A stretch of 64,000 nt of DNA from an uncultured Syntrophorhabdus sp. (GTDB taxonomy: Bacteria > Desulfobacterota > BSN033 > UBA1163). The DNA is taken from contig CAYZFX010000003.1 in NCBI GenBank assembly GCA_964477935.1, positions 48,577-112,576 of the forward strand. Reading direction: 5' to 3'. Position 1 is the stretch's first letter; the number at the start of each line of letters is the position of its first letter. The translations under genes and the position numbers were made by a program. Below, piece after piece: positions 59,511-64,000 of the stretch. The notes below the pieces were generated by a model. That model saw nothing but the letters and a program-made list of their open reading frames with translations. It was not told where the DNA came from and did no database searches.

Positions 59511-61289
59511 ATGGTCGAATTCGTCAAAGGGGGGGCGTTTCTGATCGAGTCGACTTCGCCCCAGGAGGTCTTCACGCCGGAGGACTTCAATGAAGAACAG
59601 CTCTTGATTGCCAAGGCCGTGACCGAATTTGTGGAAGGCGAAATCCATCCCGTAAGCGAGGAGATCGAGGAGAAGAAAGAAGGCCTTCTGGTGAGCCTCC
59701 TCAGGAAGGCTGGGGAGCTCGGCTTCCTTTCCGCGGACATCCCGGAGGAATACGGAGGACAGGATCTGGATAAGGTCAGCTCTCTCCTCCTCTGGGAGAA
59801 GATGGCTCAGGCAGGGGGGTCTTTTATGGCGACGTTTGGCACGCAAACCGGAATTGGATCCCTTCCCATTGTCTTCTTCGGAAATCCGGACCAGAAGCGG
59901 CGGTATCTTCCTGGGCTGGCCACGGGAAAGATCATCGGCGCCTATGCCCTGACCGAACCGGAAGCGGGTTCGGACGCCCTTAACGCCAAGACCACGGCCA
60001 CCCTCAGTCCCGATGGGAAATATTATATCCTCAACGGTCAGAAGCAGTTCATCACCAATGCCGGCATTGCGGACCTCTTCACCACCTATGCCAAGGTGGA
60101 TGGAACGAAATTCACCGCCTTCCTCGTCGAACGAAAGTATGAAGGGGTTTCTCTGGATGAGGAAGAGAATAAGATGGGGGTGAAGGGTTCCTCCACCCGG
60201 AGCGTAATCTTCTCCGACGTTAAGGTCCCTGTGGAAAATGTCCTCGGAGAGGTCGGAAGGGGACACATCGTAGCTCTCAACGTGCTCAACATGGGTCGTT
60301 TCGCCCTGGGAGCAGGGAACTTAGGAGGAGCGAAGCGGGCTCTCCAGGAATCTGTCTCTTATGCCAAAAAGAGGGTCCAGTTTGGCAGGCCCATTGCTGA
60401 ATTCGGCCTGATCAAAGAAAAGATCGCCGAAATGGCCATCCTCTGCTTTATCATGGAGAGCATGGTCTACCGAACCGGAGGGTTGACCGATCAGATTCTC
60501 AAAACCATCGACCGTCAAGCCGAGGACGCCATGACCCAGATGGCCAACGGGATCGAGGAATACAATATTGAAGATTCGATCAATAAGATCTTCTGCTCCG
60601 AAATGACCGGCCATGTGGTGGATGAGGCGGTTCAGATCCACGGGGGATATGGGTATATTCACGACTACCCGGTGGAGCGGGGGTATCGGGATGCCCGGAT
60701 CAATCGCATCTGGGAGGGGACGAACGAAATCAACCGTCTTCTCATCGTGGACATGTTAACGAAGCGTGCGATGAAGGGACGACTCCCTGTCCTTGCGGCC
60801 ACTCAGAAGATTGTTGGAGAGCTGCTCAGCCTCCGGCCCCGAATCGAGAGCGATGATGGAAAATTAACCATGCAACAGGAGATGGTCGAGATGTCAAAAA
60901 AGATCACCCTCCTGGTGACCGGAGCGGCTGTGCAGAAATATATGATGAAACTCGCCGAGGAACAGGAACTCCTGGGGTTAATCAGCGATATGGTGATTCA
61001 GGTATTTGCGATGGAGAGCGGACTGCTTCGAGCCATGAAGACCCTCGAGAGATTTGGGGACGAAAGAGCTCAGATCCAGAAAGCGATGGCAAAGGTCTTT
61101 GTCAACGACGCCTTTGAAAGGCTGGAGGGCTATGCCAAAAGAGGACTTACCGCCGTGGCTGAGGGAGATACCCTCAGGACCCAGCTCTCCGGTCTCAAGA
61201 AGCTCACCCGTTTCACCCCGGTCAATACGATCGCTCTGAGGCGGGAGATCGCAGATGCCGTGATTAAGGCGGGTAGGTATCCCTTTTAG
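59511..61289 (+). CDS. Acyl-CoA dehydrogenase (long form with C-terminal extension)
   Basis: 592 aa with ACAD N-terminal, middle and C-terminal domains (YALTEPEAGSDA, QIHGGYGY). Confidence 0.85.
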   Translation: MVEFVKGGAFLIESTSPQEVFTPEDFNEEQLLIAKAVTEFVEGEIHPVSEEIEEKKEGLLVSLLRKAGELGFLSADIPEEYGGQDLDKVSSLLLWEKMAQAGGSFMATFGTQTGIGSLPIVFFGNPDQKRRYLPGLATGKIIGAYALTEPEAGSDALNAKTTATLSPDGKYYILNGQKQFITNAGIADLFTTYAKVDGTKFTAFLVERKYEGVSLDEEENKMGVKGSSTRSVIFSDVKVPVENVLGEVGRGHIVALNVLNMGRFALGAGNLGGAKRALQESVSYAKKRVQFGRPIAEFGLIKEKIAEMAILCFIMESMVYRTGGLTDQILKTIDRQAEDAMTQMANGIEEYNIEDSINKIFCSEMTGHVVDEAVQIHGGYGYIHDYPVERGYRDARINRIWEGTNEINRLLIVDMLTKRAMKGRLPVLAATQKIVGELLSLRPRIESDDGKLTMQQEMVEMSKKITLLVTGAAVQKYMMKLAEEQELLGLISDMVIQVFAMESGLLRAMKTLERFGDERAQIQKAMAKVFVNDAFERLEGYAKRGLTAVAEGDTLRTQLSGLKKLTRFTPVNTIALRREIADAVIKAGRYPF

Positions 61290-61313
61290 AAACAGATCTT
61301 AAAAGGGACGTCG

Positions 61314-61499
61314 TCATCCCTCAGTCAAGGGAACAAAAAGGGCTTGATTCAATGAAAGACGGAGGCTCGCCTCAAAAGAACCCCATTCAAAAGGCAGGAA
61401 GATCCATGGGGGTCACTTCAATGCCCGCCATTCAAGGTTTTTGGAGGGGGAATCTCCCAACCCTTTTGAACCCATGTGACCCCGTACCTGAGGGATTAC
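61314..61499 (+). mobile_element. MITE-like repeat, copy 4 (186 bp), with perfect 12 bp TIRs GTCATCCCTCAG/CTGAGGGATTAC and perfect 8 bp direct repeats GGGACGTC (61306-61313 and 61500-61507)
   Basis: It lacks an internal ~38 bp segment present in copies 1 and 2. It lies between the acyl-CoA dehydrogenase and the beta-lactamase-family gene. Confidence 0.8.
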
Positions 61500-61618
61500 G
61501 GGACGTCCCCATTTCCCTTGAGAGGAAGGGAGGTCACCTCCAAGAACGGCCGAGGGTCCTCTCAAAAGAGATACCAAAGGCCTCCGTATCCGTAAGGGAG
61601 AGAGAAAGGAGGAAAGCC

Positions 61619-62881
61619 ATGCGAAACGTGATCCGGATCCCTGCTGTCGCCATTCTTCTTACCTTTCTTCTTGGGACGGCGATAGCCCAGGACCTCCAAC
61701 AAGCAAGAGGCCCGGAAGAAGTCGGTCTATCTTCGGAAAGGCTCCAACGCCTGGATGCGGTTTTAAAAGGGGATATCGAATGGGGTAAAATCAATGGAGC
61801 GGTCCTCCTGATCGCCCGTAAGGGAAAGATCGCCTACTTTAAGAATTTCGGCTGGAGAGACGCTGAAAAGAGATTACCAATGGAAAAGGATTCGATCTTT
61901 CGAGTCTACTCCATGACGAAATCAATCACGGCCGTCGCCACGGCCATGTTCATGGAAGAGGGGAAGATCCTCCTCTCCGACCCCGTCGCCAAATATATCC
62001 CCTCCTTTAAGGAAATCCAGGTGGGAGAGATCAAAAAAGATGAGACAGGAAAAGAGGTACTCTCTCTGGTGGCGCCCAGGACGGCCATGACGATCTATGA
62101 CTTACTCCTCCACACCTCAGGCCTGAGCTACTTCTTCTTTCCTCCAAGGCTTATCCAGGAAAGGTATCTGGCGGCTGGAATGCACCGCCTCGAAGAATTG
62201 ACCAATGCAGAGGTCTGTGAGAGATTGGCCAGATTGCCTCTGGTGGCCCATCCGGGAACCCGTTATCAGTACGGCATGTCGTATGACGTCTTGGGAAGAG
62301 TGCTGGAAGTCATCTCTGGAAGGCCTCTCGATCAACTTTTTGAAGAACGGATATTTAGACCGCTCAAGATGAAGGATTCGGGATTTCGGGTCAAAGAATC
62401 CGAAGCCAATCGCCTCGTATACCTCGACCCCAAAGTACCCATTTATATTGATCCGACGAGCCCAGTGAGGAGATATATGAGCGGCGGAGCAGGAACCGTA
62501 TCGACGGCCATGGACTTTGCTCGTTTCGCTCAGATGCTTCTCAACGGAGGAGAGATTGACGGGGTCCGGTTGCTCAGTTCGAGAACCGTCTCCTATATGA
62601 CCACAGATCACTTAGGGCCGTTGGGACACCGGGATGATCCCCTCTATGTTCCAGGCCGGGGGTACGGTCAGGGCTTCGATTTCTATGTTCGTCTCGAAAC
62701 GGGACGATCCACCTTTTTGGGTAACCCCGGAGAATTCTACAAGGGAGGGATTGCAGGAACCCATTTCTGGGTCGATCCCAAAGAAGCATTGGGGGCTGTC
62801 TTTATGGTCAGCGCCCCAGATTATCGAGAGTACTACCGGTTTCTGATCAAAAGCCTGATATACCAGGCCATTATGATGTAA
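61619..62881 (+). CDS. Serine hydrolase of the beta-lactamase/transpeptidase-like family, secreted
   Basis: Start at MRNVIRIP after a GGAGG RBS. Signal peptide and an S-x-x-K motif (SMTKS). The ORF-track start at 61352 would run through the MITE. Confidence 0.75.
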   Translation: MRNVIRIPAVAILLTFLLGTAIAQDLQQARGPEEVGLSSERLQRLDAVLKGDIEWGKINGAVLLIARKGKIAYFKNFGWRDAEKRLPMEKDSIFRVYSMTKSITAVATAMFMEEGKILLSDPVAKYIPSFKEIQVGEIKKDETGKEVLSLVAPRTAMTIYDLLLHTSGLSYFFFPPRLIQERYLAAGMHRLEELTNAEVCERLARLPLVAHPGTRYQYGMSYDVLGRVLEVISGRPLDQLFEERIFRPLKMKDSGFRVKESEANRLVYLDPKVPIYIDPTSPVRRYMSGGAGTVSTAMDFARFAQMLLNGGEIDGVRLLSSRTVSYMTTDHLGPLGHRDDPLYVPGRGYGQGFDFYVRLETGRSTFLGNPGEFYKGGIAGTHFWVDPKEALGAVFMVSAPDYREYYRFLIKSLIYQAIMM

Positions 62882-62947
62882 AAAGACGACGACGGAAATT
62901 AACGACCTGAAAAAGTTCCGGGACTCCCTTTCTTCAACCCTGTCCCC

Positions 62948-63184
62948 ATGATGGAAGTGATGGAGGTCATCGAAGGCATGAGGGCTTCTGAAGAGACGAT
63001 GAGGACCGGGGTGAATTTTGTAAAAACGATCGGCAAAGAACCCACCCGCGTCGAAAGCGATATATCGGGTTTTCTCCTCAACCGGATCAATCTCGTGGGT
63101 TATATCGAAGCCATTCGCCCGCTGGAACAGGGGATCGGCGAAACCGTTGAGGATATCGATAGGGGCGTAAGAAGGAGAAATTAA
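62948..63184 (+). pseudogene. Remnant of a 3-hydroxyacyl-CoA (3-hydroxybutyryl-CoA) dehydrogenase, internal fragment only
   Basis: 78 aa that match only the mid/C-terminal-domain region of Hbd-type enzymes (EVIEG...SEET...IGK.P..V.D.SGFLLNRI...YI.EAIR..E.G....EDID). The NAD-binding N-terminus and the last about 65 aa are absent. Confidence 0.5.
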
Positions 63185-63966
63185 TGGGCCAGACACTCGC
63201 TTATTACGAACTCAGAGGTCCAATCGCCATTGTTACCATCGATCACCCGCCGATGAATGCCCTGGATGCCGCTACCAAAGAGGCTATTGCCGGTATCTTC
63301 GGGGAACTGGATGACCAAAGGCAGCAGATCCGGGCCGTTATTCTCCGGGGCGCTGGAGAGAAGGCCTTTGCCGCGGGGGCGGACATCAAAACCTTCTTAG
63401 AATTGACACCGGACACGGCCAGGAGGCGCCTCTCGAGGAGCCACCAGATCTATTCGATTGTCGAAAACTTCCAATGGCCGGTGATTGCGGCCATCCACGG
63501 TTTCTGTTTGGGCGGGGGATTGGAGCTGGCCCTTTGTTGTGATATCCGCTATGCGGAGGAGACAGCCAAGTTCGGTTTCCCAGAGGTGAACCTTTCGGTT
63601 TTTCCGGGCAATGGAGGGGTTGCCCGTTCTCTCTATCATCTCCCTTTGGGTAAATTGAAAGAGCTCGTCTTCACTGGCGAAATCATCAGTGCCCAGGAGG
63701 CGCTCTCCCTCGGCCTGATCGAAAGGGTGGTTCCGGCAAACCAAAGCCTCGAGGCCTGTCTCGAACTGGCCTCCAAAATTGCCGAGAAGGGGCCATTGGG
63801 AGTGGCCGCAGGGAAAAAGGTGATCAATCGGGCGAGAGATCTTACGATTCAACAAGGATTGGAACTGGAGACGGAATGGTGGGCCAATCTGACCGCAACG
63901 GAAGATATGAAAGAGGGCGCTCGGGCCTTCTTGGAAAAAAGAAAACCGCAATATAAATGCAAATGA
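63184..63966 (+). CDS. Enoyl-CoA hydratase (crotonase family)
   Basis: 260 aa with crotonase motifs (AFAAGADI, CLGGGLELALCCD). The ATG overlaps the stop of the hbd remnant. Confidence 0.85.
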   Translation: MGQTLAYYELRGPIAIVTIDHPPMNALDAATKEAIAGIFGELDDQRQQIRAVILRGAGEKAFAAGADIKTFLELTPDTARRRLSRSHQIYSIVENFQWPVIAAIHGFCLGGGLELALCCDIRYAEETAKFGFPEVNLSVFPGNGGVARSLYHLPLGKLKELVFTGEIISAQEALSLGLIERVVPANQSLEACLELASKIAEKGPLGVAAGKKVINRARDLTIQQGLELETEWWANLTATEDMKEGARAFLEKRKPQYKCK

Positions 63967-63974
63967 GGTAGCCA

Positions 63975-64000
63975 TGCTCTATGAATTGAATGAGGAACAG
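63975..64000 (+). CDS. Start of a further ORF (MLYELNEEQ..., acyl-CoA dehydrogenase-like N-terminus), 3' partial
   Basis: Only 9 codons are in the window. The N-terminal pattern resembles ACAD starts. Confidence 0.25.

Overview
This 64 kb window looks like a high-GC (about 55%) bacterial chromosomal segment read with the standard genetic code, apart from one in-frame TGA. The gene content suggests an anaerobic, fatty-acid-oxidising, probably syntrophic, deltaproteobacterium-like organism; that is inference from content only. Recognisable features in order are listed in the features array. Briefly: an AOR-type aldehyde:ferredoxin oxidoreductase (5' partial), two SCP2 carrier proteins and an Fe-alcohol dehydrogenase; a tight eight-gene minus-strand operon (DUF2007, rubrerythrin-like, hotdog thioesterase, archease, RtcB, an ASKHA/DUF1786 protein, Ogt, a CheR-type methyltransferase); ubiE, rimI, uspA, yhhQ-type queuosine-precursor transporter and an AI-2E transporter; a thiolase-crotonase-etfB-etfA(ferredoxin-fused) beta-oxidation operon; hemE-hemH-hemY; pepA; a PD-(D/E)xK nuclease; a GidA-like FAD oxidoreductase with a membrane transporter; tRNA-Leu(CAA), tRNA-Ala(GGC) and tRNA-Val(CAC); era, lon, ssb; the mreBCD-mrdA-rodA cell-shape cluster; ppiD, a UDP-glucuronate decarboxylase, ruvCAB and yebC; a liv-type branched-chain amino acid ABC transporter; and a fatty-acid locus carrying a frameshifted acyl-CoA synthetase, DUF362, an acyl-CoA dehydrogenase, a beta-lactamase-family hydrolase, an hbd gene remnant and a crotonase. 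The two most notable observations follow. First, RtcB is interrupted by a single in-frame TGA exactly at the conserved metal-bridging cysteine (DINCGVR), followed by an fdhF-like GGUC-loop hairpin, so it is a candidate selenocysteine-containing RtcB. Second, there is a previously unannotated ~220 bp MITE-like repeat in four copies; each copy has 12 bp terminal inverted repeats, a perfect 8 bp target-site duplication and a conserved nested hairpin core, and three copies lie roughly 10 bp upstream of putative -35 promoter boxes. No CRISPR array, rRNA or intact transposase gene is present.
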